DNA of 35,050 nt from Lysobacteraceae bacterium (GTDB taxonomy: Bacteria > Pseudomonadota > Gammaproteobacteria > Xanthomonadales > Rhodanobacteraceae): contig JAGWZT010000001.1 of assembly GCA_018971925.1 (NCBI GenBank), forward strand, positions 1 through 35,050, written 5' to 3'. The notes below the pieces were generated by a model that was given only the letters and a program-made list of their open reading frames with translations, made no database searches and had not been told where the DNA came from. Position 1 is the stretch's first letter. The number at the start of each line of letters is the position of its first letter. Shown here in pieces: positions 24,164 through 34,107 of the stretch. The translations under genes were made by a program, and so were the position numbers.

Positions 24164-25462
24164 CTACCGGTCGTTGGTCAGCACCGCGTAAAACATGCCG
24201 TCGAGCCCACCTTCGCCGGGCAGGGTCTGCCAGCCGGCCCCGGCCTTGTGGCCGGCCGGCAATTCGACGGACAGCGCGCGGGCATCCGCGTGGGCGGAGA
24301 AAAACGTTTCCGCGACGCGTTCATTTTCCTCGCGCAGCAGCGAGCAGGTGGCGTAAACCAGCCGTCCGTCTCGCGCCAGCAGCGGCCACAAGGCACCGAG
24401 CAGTCGCCTTTGTTCCGACGCGAGTTGCGCGATGTCGCCCGCGCGCCGGTGCAGCTTGATGTCGGGGTGACGGCGGATCACACCGGTGGCGGAGCACGGT
24501 GCGTCCAGCAGGATGCGATCGAACGGCTTGCCATCCCACCATTTCGCGGGGTCGCCCGCGTCGCCCGTGCGCACGTCGCAGTGCAGGCCGAGCCGGTCGA
24601 GATTCGCGTGGATCGAGCTGGCGCGCCGTGCGTCCGCGTCCAGCGCAACCAGTTGCACGCCGGCGCGTTCCAGCATGTGGCAAGCCTTCCCACCCGGCGC
24701 GGCACAGGCATCCAGCACGCGCAAACCGTCGTGCAGGTCCAGAAAGTCCGCGGCGCATTGTGCGGCGCCATCCTGCACCGAGAAATGACCCGCGACGAAT
24801 CCGGGCAGGCGCGCCACGTCGGTATTCGATGCCAGCGCGACGCCGTCACGCAGGAAGGGGTGCGGCTGCGCTTCGCAACCCGCGCGCGTGAGTGCCGCGA
24901 GCATTTGATCCCGCGTCGTGCGCCGCGCGTTGACGCGCAGCATCGGCGGCGACGGCGCATTGTTCGCGACGAGTATCGCATCCGCCTGTTCCGGCCATGC
25001 GCGTGCAAGGACATCGATCAGCCAGCGTGGATGTGCGCTGCGCGTGACGGGGTCGCGATCGAGCTGCGTGTTGATCGAATCGCGTTCGCGCAGCCAGCGC
25101 CGCAGCACCGCGTTGACGAGTTTCGCGAAACCGCCGCGCGCCAACGCACGTGTGGCTTCGACCGTGGCCGCGACCGCCGCGTGCGGCGGCAGTTGCAGGA
25201 TTTCCAGTTGCACGAGGCCCAGCACCAGCAGCGCGTGCAGCGTGGGCTCGCGCTTGCGCAGCGGCTGCTGCAGCAAACCGTCGATGGCCTTGTCGAAGCG
25301 CAGCCACCAGCGCGCGCCTTCGTTGCACAACGCCGTGAGCAAGGCGCGGTCGCGGGCGTCGGGAAGCTTTGCTTGCGCCGGCCGCAGCTGTTCGCGCAGG
25401 GAAGCACCGCGCAGCGCGACCGCCGCGAGGACTTCCGCCGCCACCGCGCGGGTGTCGCTCAT
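24164..25462 (-). CDS. rsmB: 16S rRNA (cytosine967-C5)-methyltransferase
   Basis: ATG at 25462 overlaps the fmt stop (ATGA). The N-terminal domain is NusB-like, followed by the SAM motif [13 protein letters not shown] and the catalytic region [13 protein letters not shown]. Confidence 0.93.
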   Translation of the reverse strand: MSDTRAVAAEVLAAVALRGASLREQLRPAQAKLPDARDRALLTALCNEGARWWLRFDKAIDGLLQQPLRKREPTLHALLVLGLVQLEILQLPPHAAVAATVEATRALARGGFAKLVNAVLRRWLRERDSINTQLDRDPVTRSAHPRWLIDVLARAWPEQADAILVANNAPSPPMLRVNARRTTRDQMLAALTRAGCEAQPHPFLRDGVALASNTDVARLPGFVAGHFSVQDGAAQCAADFLDLHDGLRVLDACAAPGGKACHMLERAGVQLVALDADARRASSIHANLDRLGLHCDVRTGDAGDPAKWWDGKPFDRILLDAPCSATGVIRRHPDIKLHRRAGDIAQLASEQRRLLGALWPLLARDGRLVYATCSLLREENERVAETFFSAHADARALSVELPAGHKAGAGWQTLPGEGGLDGMFYAVLTNDR

Positions 25463-26412
25463 GCCTGGCGCAGCTCGGCGCGCGCGTTCACGTAATCCGC
25501 CGCGTCGATCACGCGTCCGCCCGCGCGTTGCAACTTCAAGATGCGCAGCACGCCTGCGCCACAAGCGATATCAAGACCGTGTTTCGACGCCCCGGCGATC
25601 TCGCCGGGCGCAGCCGGGCCCCGGCCCCCGGGTCCCGGGTCCCGCGCTTGTGCCGACCACACCCGTACGCGTTCGCCCGCCAAGATCGCTTCCGCCACCG
25701 GCCAGGGATCGAATGCGCGAACCTTGCGTTCGAGTTCAATGGCGGGTCGGGTGAAATCGAGCCTCGCTTCGGCCTTGTCCAGCTTGTGCGCGTAGGTCGC
25801 GCCCGTCCCGGATTGCGGCGTGGCGGTCAGGCTCGCGCCGGCGATGACGTGTTGCAGGCCTGCGCGCAGCACCCGCGCACCGATGCCGGCGAGACGGTCG
25901 TGCAGCGTGCCGCCGGTATCGTCGTCGCGGATGGGTGTCGATTCCGAAAGCAGCACGGGCCCGGTATCCAGACCAGCTTCCATCTGCATCAGGCACACGC
26001 CGGTTTCGGCATCGCCCGCCAGGATCGCGCGCTGGATCGGTGCTGCGCCGCGCCAGCGCGGCAGCAGCGACGCGTGCACGTTCCAGCCGCCGAAGCGCGG
26101 GATCGCCAGCACCTTGCGCGGCAGGATCAGGCCGTAGGCGATCACCACCATCAGGTCGGGGGCGTAGGCGTGCAAGCGCGCCTGCGCTTCCGGCATCTTC
26201 AATGATTCGGGTTGTTCGACCGGAATGCCCGCGGCGAGCGCCGCCTGTTTGACCGGGCTCGGTGCCAGTTTGCGTCCACGTCCGGCCGGGCGATCGGGCT
26301 GCGTGTAAACCGCGACGACGTCCGCGTCGGCGGACATGCATGCGTGCAATCCCGGTACCGCGAAATCGGGTGTGCCGGCGAACACCAGCCGCAAGCGCTG
26401 CGCCGTGGCCAC
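25459..26412 (-). CDS. fmt: methionyl-tRNA formyltransferase
   Basis: GTG start. The translation includes [31 protein letters not shown] and [20 protein letters not shown]. Confidence 0.96.
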   Translation of the reverse strand: MATAQRLRLVFAGTPDFAVPGLHACMSADADVVAVYTQPDRPAGRGRKLAPSPVKQAALAAGIPVEQPESLKMPEAQARLHAYAPDLMVVIAYGLILPRKVLAIPRFGGWNVHASLLPRWRGAAPIQRAILAGDAETGVCLMQMEAGLDTGPVLLSESTPIRDDDTGGTLHDRLAGIGARVLRAGLQHVIAGASLTATPQSGTGATYAHKLDKAEARLDFTRPAIELERKVRAFDPWPVAEAILAGERVRVWSAQARDPGPGGRGPAAPGEIAGASKHGLDIACGAGVLRILKLQRAGGRVIDAADYVNARAELRQA

Positions 26413-26415
26413 GCG

Positions 26416-26919
26416 TCAGCCCGCGTGACGCCGCTGCTTCTCCAGCTTGCGCAGCAGCAGCGAGCGTTTCAGCGGCGACAGGTAATCGACGAACACCTTG
26501 CCGACCAGGTGATCCATCTCGTGCTGGATGCATACGGCCAGCAGGCCATCGGTTTCGAGTTCAAACGTTTTGCCGGTGACGTCCTGGGCCCGCACACGGA
26601 TCCACTCCTTGCGTTCGACGTCGGCGAACATGCCCGGGAACGACAGGCAGCCTTCCTGGCAAATCTCGGTGCCGCGGGCTTCCAGCAGCTCGGGATTCAC
26701 GAACACCTGCGGGTCGTCGTGGGTTTCGGAGATGTCCAACACCAGCAGCCGCTTCTGCACGTTGACCTGCGTCGCCGCGAGGCCGATCCCGGGGGCCGCG
26801 TACATCGTTTCCAGCATGTCGTCGGCCAGCCGTTTCAAATCGGCATTGAAAGTCTCGACCTTTTGCGCGGCAAGGCGCAGGCGTGGATCGGGGAATTCGA
26901 GGATGTCGAGTTTGGCCAT
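26416..26919 (-). CDS. def: peptide deformylase
   Basis: An internal ATG at 26919 gives [15 protein letters not shown]. Motifs [17 protein letters not shown] and QHEMDHL are present. Confidence 0.96.
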   Translation of the reverse strand: MAKLDILEFPDPRLRLAAQKVETFNADLKRLADDMLETMYAAPGIGLAATQVNVQKRLLVLDISETHDDPQVFVNPELLEARGTEICQEGCLSFPGMFADVERKEWIRVRAQDVTGKTFELETDGLLAVCIQHEMDHLVGKVFVDYLSPLKRSLLLRKLEKQRRHAG

Positions 26920-27116
26920 GACGGGGCGCAGGATCGGAAGCTCAGGGGCCAGATGGGGGCGGCCGGGGCCGTTTTCATGCCGCATAGCCTAACAGCGGTG
27001 CAGTCTTTCCCGTGGTTTCGAACACCCCGTCACCAAATGTGAAGTTTTTGCTTGCCGCCGCTGGCCGTTCGGGTACACTCGGCTGAAACTTGTGGGGGAT
27101 CGGGGGATTGCCGGTC

Positions 27117-28235
27117 ATGCTTAAGAAACTGCTTGCGTTGAGCGCGGGTTTGCTGATCACGTTCGCCGCGTACGCAGCTGGAGCCCAGCTGCGCGCCGAT
27201 CACCCGCACACCTACGTGGTGAAGAAGGGCGACACGCTGTGGGGCATCTCGGCGCGTTTCCTCCAGAAGCCGTGGTTGTGGCCCGAGATCTGGGACGTCA
27301 ACCAGCAGGTCTACAACCCGCATCGCATTTACCCGGGCGACGTGCTGGACCTTGACGTGAATGGCTTGCACGTGGCCAAGCGCGCCGCGGTCGAAGCCAA
27401 TCCCATCCCGACGGTGCCGTTGTCCGCGATCGAGCCGTTCCTCAAGGATTTCCGCGTGCTCACGGCGGCGCAGCTGCAGCAGACGCCTTACGTGGTGGCG
27501 GTCGAGGAGAACGAGCCGCGCGCCACCGAAGGCATGAATCTGTACGTGCGCAAGCTGGCTGGGGCCAGCGTCGGCGAGCGCTTCGCGGTCGTGCGTCCGA
27601 CCCATGTGTTCCGCCAGTTCAACGATGGCGGCCGGATGGATGATGTCGGGCACCTGGTCAGCAACAACGTGGATCTCGCGCCGGGCCCGTGGCAGGAAGA
27701 TTTCCGCAATGACGGCCACTTCGGCCGCGGCACGGAAATCGGCACCGAGGTGCGCGTGATCGGCACCGCGCAGGTGCTGAAGAACGGTGATCCGGCCACG
27801 CTGCTGCTCACCAATGCGAGCATGGAGATTCGTGCGGGCGACCGCCTGATGCCGGTGGACGACACGCCGTACGATTTCACCTACTACCCGCATCCACCGC
27901 GCAATGCGCCGGCCAATGCCTACATCATTGCGTTGTCCAACGGCTATGACGGCATCTCCGTGCAAGGTCCGATGGATGTGGTGGCGCTGAACGTCGGCGG
28001 CGACGACGGCGTGGACAACGGCACCACCTTCGCCATCTACCAGCCGGGCGACACCGTCACCGATCTGGTCAAGGGCAATACCGACCGCCGCGAGTTTGGC
28101 CCGAAGGTCAAGCTGCCCAGCGAATTCGTGGGCCACTTGATGGTGTTCCGCACCTTCGCACACGTGAGCTATGGGCTCGTGATGGACGGCATTCGTCCCG
28201 TGAAGGTAGGCGACACGGTGCAAGCGCCTGAATAA
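27117..28235 (+). CDS. LysM peptidoglycan-binding domain protein (secreted)
   Basis: ATG at 27117 lies 9 nt after GGGGGA. The signal peptide is MLKKLLALSAGLLITFAAYA, and the LysM motif is YVVKKGDTLWGISARFLQKPWLWPEIW..NPHRIYPGDVLDL. It sits in the conserved position diverging from def and upstream of dprA. Confidence 0.88.
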   Translation: MLKKLLALSAGLLITFAAYAAGAQLRADHPHTYVVKKGDTLWGISARFLQKPWLWPEIWDVNQQVYNPHRIYPGDVLDLDVNGLHVAKRAAVEANPIPTVPLSAIEPFLKDFRVLTAAQLQQTPYVVAVEENEPRATEGMNLYVRKLAGASVGERFAVVRPTHVFRQFNDGGRMDDVGHLVSNNVDLAPGPWQEDFRNDGHFGRGTEIGTEVRVIGTAQVLKNGDPATLLLTNASMEIRAGDRLMPVDDTPYDFTYYPHPPRNAPANAYIIALSNGYDGISVQGPMDVVALNVGGDDGVDNGTTFAIYQPGDTVTDLVKGNTDRREFGPKVKLPSEFVGHLMVFRTFAHVSYGLVMDGIRPVKVGDTVQAPE

Positions 28236-28237
28236 TT

Positions 28238-28345
28238 GCGATCGTCCATGATCGCTGCGTCTTGGAAGGGCTCGCTGGCATCCAGGATCACGTGTTCCAT
28301 GGCATCACCTCGGCCATCCATGGCCTGACTTCTCACAACAGCCGC
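28238..28345 (+). repeat. single copy of the dispersed repeat family (same orientation as 1046-1251)
   Basis: GCGATCGTCCATGATCGCTGCG starts 2 nt after the LysM stop. CGGCCATCCATGGCC is at 28311-28325. The tail TGACTTCTCACAACAGCCGC is at 28326-28345. Confidence 0.85.
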
Positions 28346-28433
28346 CCTGAGCGGAATATTGGGAAGATTCCTTACACGACGGCGCGGCTCAAACCGCGCC
28401 GTTTCGTTTGGGCGCGCCCCTAAACTTGCCGTC

Positions 28434-29588
28434 ATGACCGACGATGATGAACTGTCCGCCTGGCTGACCCTGCTGCGCGCGCCCGGATTGGGCGGCGCGG
28501 GGCTGCGTGCCCTGCTGCAGCGGGCGGGGTCGGCGCGGGCGATCTGCCGCGATGCACGCAAATTGCGCGCATCGGCCGGGCTCGAACAAGCCGCCCTGGA
28601 ATGGATTGCCCGTCCCGACGCCGCGCGGCTGGATGCGGACCTGGCGTGGTTGGCGCAACCCGGCCATCGGCTACTGCGTTGCGACGAAGCCGATTTCCCT
28701 CCACAACTGGAAACCATCCCGCAGCCCCCCGCGGCGTTGTTCGTCGCCGGCGACCCGGCCGTGCTGCTCGCTCCGCAAATCGCCATCGTCGGTGCCCGCA
28801 GCGCCACCGCACAAGGCCTGGCCAACGCACGCGATTTCGCCCGCGCCTTGAGCCGTGCCGGCCTCACAATCACCAGCGGCATGGCCGACGGCATCGATGG
28901 CGCGGCACACGCCGCCGCCCTGGAAGCAGGCGGTCAGACCATAGCCGTGATCGGCACGGGCCCCGACCTGGTGTATCCGCGCAAGCACCGGCAACTCGCA
29001 GCCAGCATCGAGCAAAACGGCGCCATCGTCAGTGAATTCCCGCCGGGAACCGAAGCGCGCCCGGATCACTTCCCGCGCCGCAACCGCCTGATCGCCGGAC
29101 TTTCGCTCGGCACGCTGGTGGTGGAAGCAGGCTTGCAGTCAGGATCCCTGATCACCGCGCGGCTGGCGGCAGAAGCGGGCCGCGAGGTGTTCGCGCTGCC
29201 CGGTTCCATTCACAATCCGCTGGCCAAGGGCTGCCATCGCCTCATCCGGGATGGCGTGCGGCTGGTCGAAACCGCCGCCGAGGTGATCGAGGCCTTGACG
29301 CCCGCGGCGCAGGCGCAGGGCGCCGGTCTGCGCGCGCGGCTGGAGGCTGCCGTCGACACCCACGGGGCGGCGCAGCCGCCGGGGACGGGAGACCGCGGCC
29401 AAGACCCTGATTACGTTTCACTTCTCGCCGCGCTTGGGGACGCCCCGGCGTCGCTGGACGAACTGGCTGAACGCACACATCTGGCGCCCGCGGCACTGTC
29501 CTCCATGCTGCTGCTGCTTGAGCTGGAGGGCATGGTCGGCCCAGCCGTGAACGGGCGCTGGCAGCGCGTTTTCAGCGGCAAAGCTTGA
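28434..29588 (+). CDS. dprA: DNA-processing protein DprA (Smf)
   Basis: An internal ATG at 28434 gives MTDDDELSAWLTLLRAPGLG. The translation includes IAIVGARSATAQG, ITSGMADGIDGAAHAAAL, RNRLIAGLS and VVEAGLQSGSLITA. Confidence 0.93.
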   Translation: MTDDDELSAWLTLLRAPGLGGAGLRALLQRAGSARAICRDARKLRASAGLEQAALEWIARPDAARLDADLAWLAQPGHRLLRCDEADFPPQLETIPQPPAALFVAGDPAVLLAPQIAIVGARSATAQGLANARDFARALSRAGLTITSGMADGIDGAAHAAALEAGGQTIAVIGTGPDLVYPRKHRQLAASIEQNGAIVSEFPPGTEARPDHFPRRNRLIAGLSLGTLVVEAGLQSGSLITARLAAEAGREVFALPGSIHNPLAKGCHRLIRDGVRLVETAAEVIEALTPAAQAQGAGLRARLEAAVDTHGAAQPPGTGDRGQDPDYVSLLAALGDAPASLDELAERTHLAPAALSSMLLLLELEGMVGPAVNGRWQRVFSGKA

Positions 29589-29625
29589 CACGACCACCCT
29601 GCGCGTGTGTTCACTATATATAGGG
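29585..29625 (+). promoter_or_regulatory. candidate topA promoter region (perfect TTGACA hexamer plus an isolated TATATATAG tract)
   Basis: TTGACA is at 29585-29590. The only AT-only 9-mer in this region, CTATATATAG, is at 29614-29623. The spacing (21-24 nt) is non-canonical, so this is weakly supported. Confidence 0.25.
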
Positions 29626-29661
29626 GGCGGACCCAAGCCGCCCATGGATTGCGTCCAAGAC

Positions 29662-32163
29662 ATGGCCAAAAACCTGCTCATCGTCGAATCGCCCGCCAAG
29701 GCCAAGACGATCAACAAATACCTCGGCAACGACTTCAAGGTGCTGGCCTCGTACGGCCACGTCCGCGACCTGGTGCCGAAGGAAGGCGCGGTCGATCCCG
29801 ACCACGATTTCCGAATGGACTACGCGCTGATCGACAAGAACGTCAAGCATGTCGATGACATCGCCAAGGCCGCCAAGGTCGCCGAGTCGATCTATCTGGC
29901 GACCGACCTGGATCGCGAGGGCGAGGCGATCAGTTGGCACATCAGCGAGATCCTGAAGCAGCGGGGCCTGCTGAAGGACAAAGAAACCCACCGCGTGGTG
30001 TTCAGCGAGATCACGCCGCGCGCGATCAAGGAAGCCGTGGCGCATCCGCGCAAACTGTCGCACGACATGGTGGATGCCCAGCAGGCGCGCCGCGCGCTGG
30101 ATTACCTGGTCGGCTTCAACTTGTCGCCGGTGCTGTGGCGCAAGGTGCAGCGCGGACTGTCGGCCGGGCGCGTGCAGTCGCCCGCGCTGCGCATGATCGT
30201 GGAGCGCGAGGAGGAAATCGAAGCCTTCAGGCCGCGCGAATACTGGACGGTCGAGGCGAAGCTCGCGCACAGGGACGGCGAGTTCAGCGCGCGGCTGGTG
30301 AAGCTCAACGGCAAGAAGTTCGAGCAGTTCGACCTCACCAATGCGAAGGATGCGCACGGCGCGCGCGACGCCTTGTTGAAGGCCGCGAACGGGCAGCTCG
30401 TGGTCGGCGACATCCAGTCGAAACAACGCCAGCGCCGGCCGGCCGCGCCGTTCACCACGTCCACGTTGCAGCAGGAAGCCGCGCGCAAACTCGGCATGGC
30501 CACCAGCCGCACCATGCGCATCGCGCAGGGGCTGTACGAGGGCGTGTCGCTGGGCGGCGAGGGCAACGTCGGCCTGATCACCTACATGCGTACCGATTCG
30601 ACGCACCTGTCGGGCGAGGCGATCGGCGAACTGCGCCAGACCGTCGAACGCGAGTTCGGCAAACAAGGCCTGCCCGAACACGCGATGGTCTACAAGACCA
30701 AGTCCAAGAACGCGCAGGAAGCGCACGAAGCGGTTCGGCCGACTTCGGCGTTGCGCACGCCGAAATCCGTCGCAGCCTATCTCACGCCCGACCAGTTGAA
30801 GCTGTACGAACTGGTCTGGAAACGCGCGGTCGCATGCCAGATGAAACCGGCGACGCTCAATACCGTTTCCGTGGAATTCCCGTGCGGCGGCGACGCTGGT
30901 TTCCGCGCCACCGGTACCACCGTGGTCGATCCCGGTTTCCTCGCCGTATACGAGGAAGGCCGCGATGCGAAATCGGATGAAGACGATGAAGCCCGCAAGC
31001 TGCCCGCGCTGAAAGTGGGTGAAGCGGTGCCGCTCACCGACATCGCCGCCGACCAGCACTTCACCGAACCGCCGCCGCGCTATTCCGAGGCTTCGCTGGT
31101 CAAGGCGCTGGAGGAATACGGCATCGGCCGGCCGTCGACGTACGCCAGCATCATTCAGACGCTGTTGGCGCGCGAATACGTGATCCTGGATTCGCGCCGC
31201 TTCAAGCCCACCGACGTGGGCCGTGCGGTGGCGAAATTCCTGACCGCGCATTTCACGCAATACGTCGATTACGATTTCACCGCGAAGCTCGAGGACGAGC
31301 TCGACGCGGTCAGCCGCGGCGAGGAGGAATGGCGCCCGCTGATGGCGGGTTTCTGGAAGCCGTTCAAGGCGCTGGTGGACGACAAGATGGAATCGGTCGA
31401 CCGCAGCGAAGCCACCGGCGCACGCCTGCTCGGCGACGATCCGAAAACCGGCAAGCCGGTGTCGGTGAGGCTCGGCCGCTACGGGCCGTATGCAGCGCTC
31501 GGCGACAAGGATAGCGATGAAAAACTGAAATTCGCGTCGCTGCTGCCCGGGCAGAGCATGCACACCATCACGCTGGAAGAGGCACTGGAACTCTTCAAGC
31601 TGCCGCGCCATCTCGGCAAGGACGCGGACGGCGAGGAAATTTCCGCCGGCATGGGCCGTTTTGGTCCGTTCGTGAAGAAGGGCGCGATGTATGCCTCCAT
31701 CAAGGACGGCGACAGCGCCTACACGATCACGTTGGAACGCGCGAAGGAATTGATCCGCGAGAAGCAGGAACTGATCGCCAACCGCGTGATCACCGATTTC
31801 GGCGACGGCATCCAGGTGCTGAATGGGCGCTACGGGCCGTACATCACTGATGGCGAGAAGAACGCGAAGATCCCCAAGGATCGCGAACCCAAATCGCTCA
31901 CGCACGACGAGTGCAAGGCGCTGATCGAAGCGGCACCGGTTCGACGCGGACGCGGTGCGTTCAAGAAAACTGCGGTCAAGAAGGCCGCGATGAAGAAGGC
32001 CACCTCCAGGAAAGCTCCGGCAAAAAAGACCGCGGCGAAAAAGACGACGGCAAAGAAGACGGCCGCGAAGAAATCGGCGGCAAAAAAGACCGCGGTAAAA
32101 AGCGCGATGCGCGCGAACGCGGCCGCGCCGATCGAGCCGGAAACGCCCCCCTTCGACGTCTGA
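29662..32163 (+). CDS. topA: DNA topoisomerase I (type IA), zinc-finger-less C-terminal repeat type with a Lys-rich tail
   Basis: ATG at 29662 gives MAKNLLIVESPAKAKTINKYLG (Toprim). The translation includes ATDLDREGEAISWH and the active-site region GLITYMRTDST. The C terminus has GRYGPYAALG, GRFGPFVKKG and GRYGPYITDG repeats with no CxxC pairs, followed by an (A/T)AKK(T/S) tail. Confidence 0.96.
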   Translation: MAKNLLIVESPAKAKTINKYLGNDFKVLASYGHVRDLVPKEGAVDPDHDFRMDYALIDKNVKHVDDIAKAAKVAESIYLATDLDREGEAISWHISEILKQRGLLKDKETHRVVFSEITPRAIKEAVAHPRKLSHDMVDAQQARRALDYLVGFNLSPVLWRKVQRGLSAGRVQSPALRMIVEREEEIEAFRPREYWTVEAKLAHRDGEFSARLVKLNGKKFEQFDLTNAKDAHGARDALLKAANGQLVVGDIQSKQRQRRPAAPFTTSTLQQEAARKLGMATSRTMRIAQGLYEGVSLGGEGNVGLITYMRTDSTHLSGEAIGELRQTVEREFGKQGLPEHAMVYKTKSKNAQEAHEAVRPTSALRTPKSVAAYLTPDQLKLYELVWKRAVACQMKPATLNTVSVEFPCGGDAGFRATGTTVVDPGFLAVYEEGRDAKSDEDDEARKLPALKVGEAVPLTDIAADQHFTEPPPRYSEASLVKALEEYGIGRPSTYASIIQTLLAREYVILDSRRFKPTDVGRAVAKFLTAHFTQYVDYDFTAKLEDELDAVSRGEEEWRPLMAGFWKPFKALVDDKMESVDRSEATGARLLGDDPKTGKPVSVRLGRYGPYAALGDKDSDEKLKFASLLPGQSMHTITLEEALELFKLPRHLGKDADGEEISAGMGRFGPFVKKGAMYASIKDGDSAYTITLERAKELIREKQELIANRVITDFGDGIQVLNGRYGPYITDGEKNAKIPKDREPKSLTHDECKALIEAAPVRRGRGAFKKTAVKKAAMKKATSRKAPAKKTAAKKTTAKKTAAKKSAAKKTAVKSAMRANAAAPIEPETPPFDV
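32014..32100 (+). repeat. 15-nt tandem coding repeat (about 5.8 units) encoding xAKKx pentapeptides in the topA tail
   Basis: The units are gct ccg gca aaa aag / acc gcg gcg aaa aag / acg acg gca aag aag / acg gcc gcg aag aaa / tcg gcg gca aaa aag / acc gcg gta aaa. Confidence 0.8.
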
Positions 32164-32166
32164 GCC

Positions 32167-32730
32167 ATGCGTGTTTTCAGCATCGACGAAATCGAACAGG
32201 CCGCCGCACTGTTGCGTGACGGCGGCGTGCTGGCCTATCCGACCGAGGGCGTTTACGGTCTGGGTTGCGATCCGGACAACCGCGAGGCCTTTGATCGCAT
32301 CTTCGCGATGAAGCGGCGTCCGCCCGGGCAGGGCGTGTTGCTGATCGCGGCCAGCCTGGAACAAATGCGGCCGTGGATCGGCGAGGCGCCGGAATCTGCA
32401 TTCGTGCGCGCAACCGGGTTCTGGCCCGGTGCCCACACCTTCATCTTCCCGCGTTCGCCGCGGGTGCCTGAATGGGTGGCGGGCGGTCACGCGGGCATTG
32501 CACTGCGCGTCACCGCACATGCGCCATCCGCCGCGCTTTGCCGTGCCTTCGGAGGGCCGATCGTTTCTACCAGTGCCAACCGCCACGGCGAGCCGCCCAC
32601 GCGCAGCGCCAGGGACATTGGCGCGATTTTCGGTGACGAACCCGACGGCGTGCTGGATGCGCCGCTGGGTGGCCTCGACAAGCCCACGCCGATCACGGAC
32701 GCCGTGAGCGGCACTATCATCCGCGCGTAA
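32167..32730 (+). CDS. tsaC: L-threonylcarbamoyladenylate synthase type 1 (YrdC/TsaC)
   Basis: ATG lies 3 nt after the topA stop. The translation includes VLAYPTEGVYGLGCDPDN, RIFAMKRRP and STSANRHGEP. Confidence 0.9.
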   Translation: MRVFSIDEIEQAAALLRDGGVLAYPTEGVYGLGCDPDNREAFDRIFAMKRRPPGQGVLLIAASLEQMRPWIGEAPESAFVRATGFWPGAHTFIFPRSPRVPEWVAGGHAGIALRVTAHAPSAALCRAFGGPIVSTSANRHGEPPTRSARDIGAIFGDEPDGVLDAPLGGLDKPTPITDAVSGTIIRA

Positions 32731-32748
32731 AGGAACGGGGAATTTCCG

Positions 32749-34107
32749 GTGTCGAGCGTTTATCCAACACCGCAAAGCCGAGTGCCGGGACCGTCGCGGC
32801 CCCTGCTCGCGGATGCGTCGCCGCAACGCGCGATCGCGTGGCGCGATGGCCGTTCAGTGACGGTGGGCCAATTCCTGGGCGACGTCAGTGCGTTGGCGGA
32901 GCGCCTCCCGGTGGCGCAGGCGGCGGTCAATCTGTGTGAAGACCGGTACGCGTTCCTGGTCGCTTTCGCCGCGTTGTTGGCGCGTGGGCAAACCAACCTG
33001 CTGCCGCCGTCGCGTGCCGCGCGTGCCATCGATGAAACGCTGGCCGCGCACCCGGACAGCTACACGCTGGGGGATGCCGATCTCGATCCCGTGCCCCCGC
33101 AATATCTGTGCTTCGCCATCACGCGCGGCACGGCGCATGACGGGCGGGCGGTGTTGGTTGCCGGCGGCGCCCTGGCTGCGGTGGGGTATACCTCCGGTTC
33201 GACCGGCGTGCCGCGCGCCAACCTCAAGCGTTGGGACAAGCTCGCGATTTCAACCGGGCACAACGATGCGCTGCTGCGCATGCTTGCCGGAGGCGATTAC
33301 CACGTGGTGGCGACCGTGCCGCCGCAGCACATGTACGGGCTGGAATTTTCCGTGCTGCTGCCCTTGTTCGGCCATGCCGCGGTTTGCGCGAGCAAGCCAT
33401 TCTTTGCGGCCGACATCGCGGTTTCGCTGCAGCAACTGCCCGAACCCCGCATCCTCGTGACCACGCCGGTTCACTTGCGTGCCCTGCTCGATTCCGGACA
33501 ACCGCTGCCGCGGCTCTCGGGCATCGTTTCCGCCACCGCGCCCCTCGCGCGCGATCTGGCGCTTGACGCCGAGGCGCGTTACGGCGCGCCGGTGCAGGAG
33601 GTGTTCGGCTCCACCGAAACCTGCGTGATCGCGCATCGCCGCACCGCGCACGAAGATGCCTGGACGCCTTACCCCGGCGTGAGCCTGCATCCGCAACCGG
33701 ATGGCACCCGCGTCGAGGCGCCCCAACTGGCGCAGCCGGTAGTGTTGGCCGACATCGTGGAGCTGTTGGCCGACGGGCGCTATCGCTTGCGCGGGCGCAA
33801 CACCGACCTGCTGGAAATCGCGGGCAAGCGCGCATCGCTGGGCGACCTGACGCACAAGTTGCTGGCGGTGCCGGGTGTGCGCGATGGCGTGGTGTTCCAG
33901 ATGGACGAAACAGATGCGATGGGCGTGCGCCGCATCGCCGCGCTGGTGGTTGCGCCGGATCTGGATGCTGGCGCCATCCTCCGTGTCTTGCGGTGCGAAA
34001 TCGATCCGGTGTTCCTGCCTCGTCCGCTGAAGCTGGTCGATATATTGCCGCGCGGCGAAACCGGCAAGTTGCCGCGCGCCGCCTTGCTTGCGGCGCTGGC
34101 CGGTTAA
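32749..34107 (+). CDS. AMP-binding (adenylate-forming, ANL superfamily) enzyme, short form, substrate unknown
   Basis: GTG start. The A3-like motif is GYTSGSTGVPRANL, followed by FGSTETC, and then LRGRNTDLLEIAGKRASLGDL and LPRGETGKLPR (A8 and A10 regions). At 452 aa it is shorter than typical acyl-CoA synthetases. Confidence 0.8.
   Translation: MSSVYPTPQSRVPGPSRPLLADASPQRAIAWRDGRSVTVGQFLGDVSALAERLPVAQAAVNLCEDRYAFLVAFAALLARGQTNLLPPSRAARAIDETLAAHPDSYTLGDADLDPVPPQYLCFAITRGTAHDGRAVLVAGGALAAVGYTSGSTGVPRANLKRWDKLAISTGHNDALLRMLAGGDYHVVATVPPQHMYGLEFSVLLPLFGHAAVCASKPFFAADIAVSLQQLPEPRILVTTPVHLRALLDSGQPLPRLSGIVSATAPLARDLALDAEARYGAPVQEVFGSTETCVIAHRRTAHEDAWTPYPGVSLHPQPDGTRVEAPQLAQPVVLADIVELLADGRYRLRGRNTDLLEIAGKRASLGDLTHKLLAVPGVRDGVVFQMDETDAMGVRRIAALVVAPDLDAGAILRVLRCEIDPVFLPRPLKLVDILPRGETGKLPRAALLAALAG

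Noticed and set aside
29614-32826. 1070-aa minus-strand ORF opposite topA and tsaC
   Set aside because: Same reasoning. It is antisense to an unmistakable topA, and its translation is Arg/Gly/Ala-rich with no motifs.
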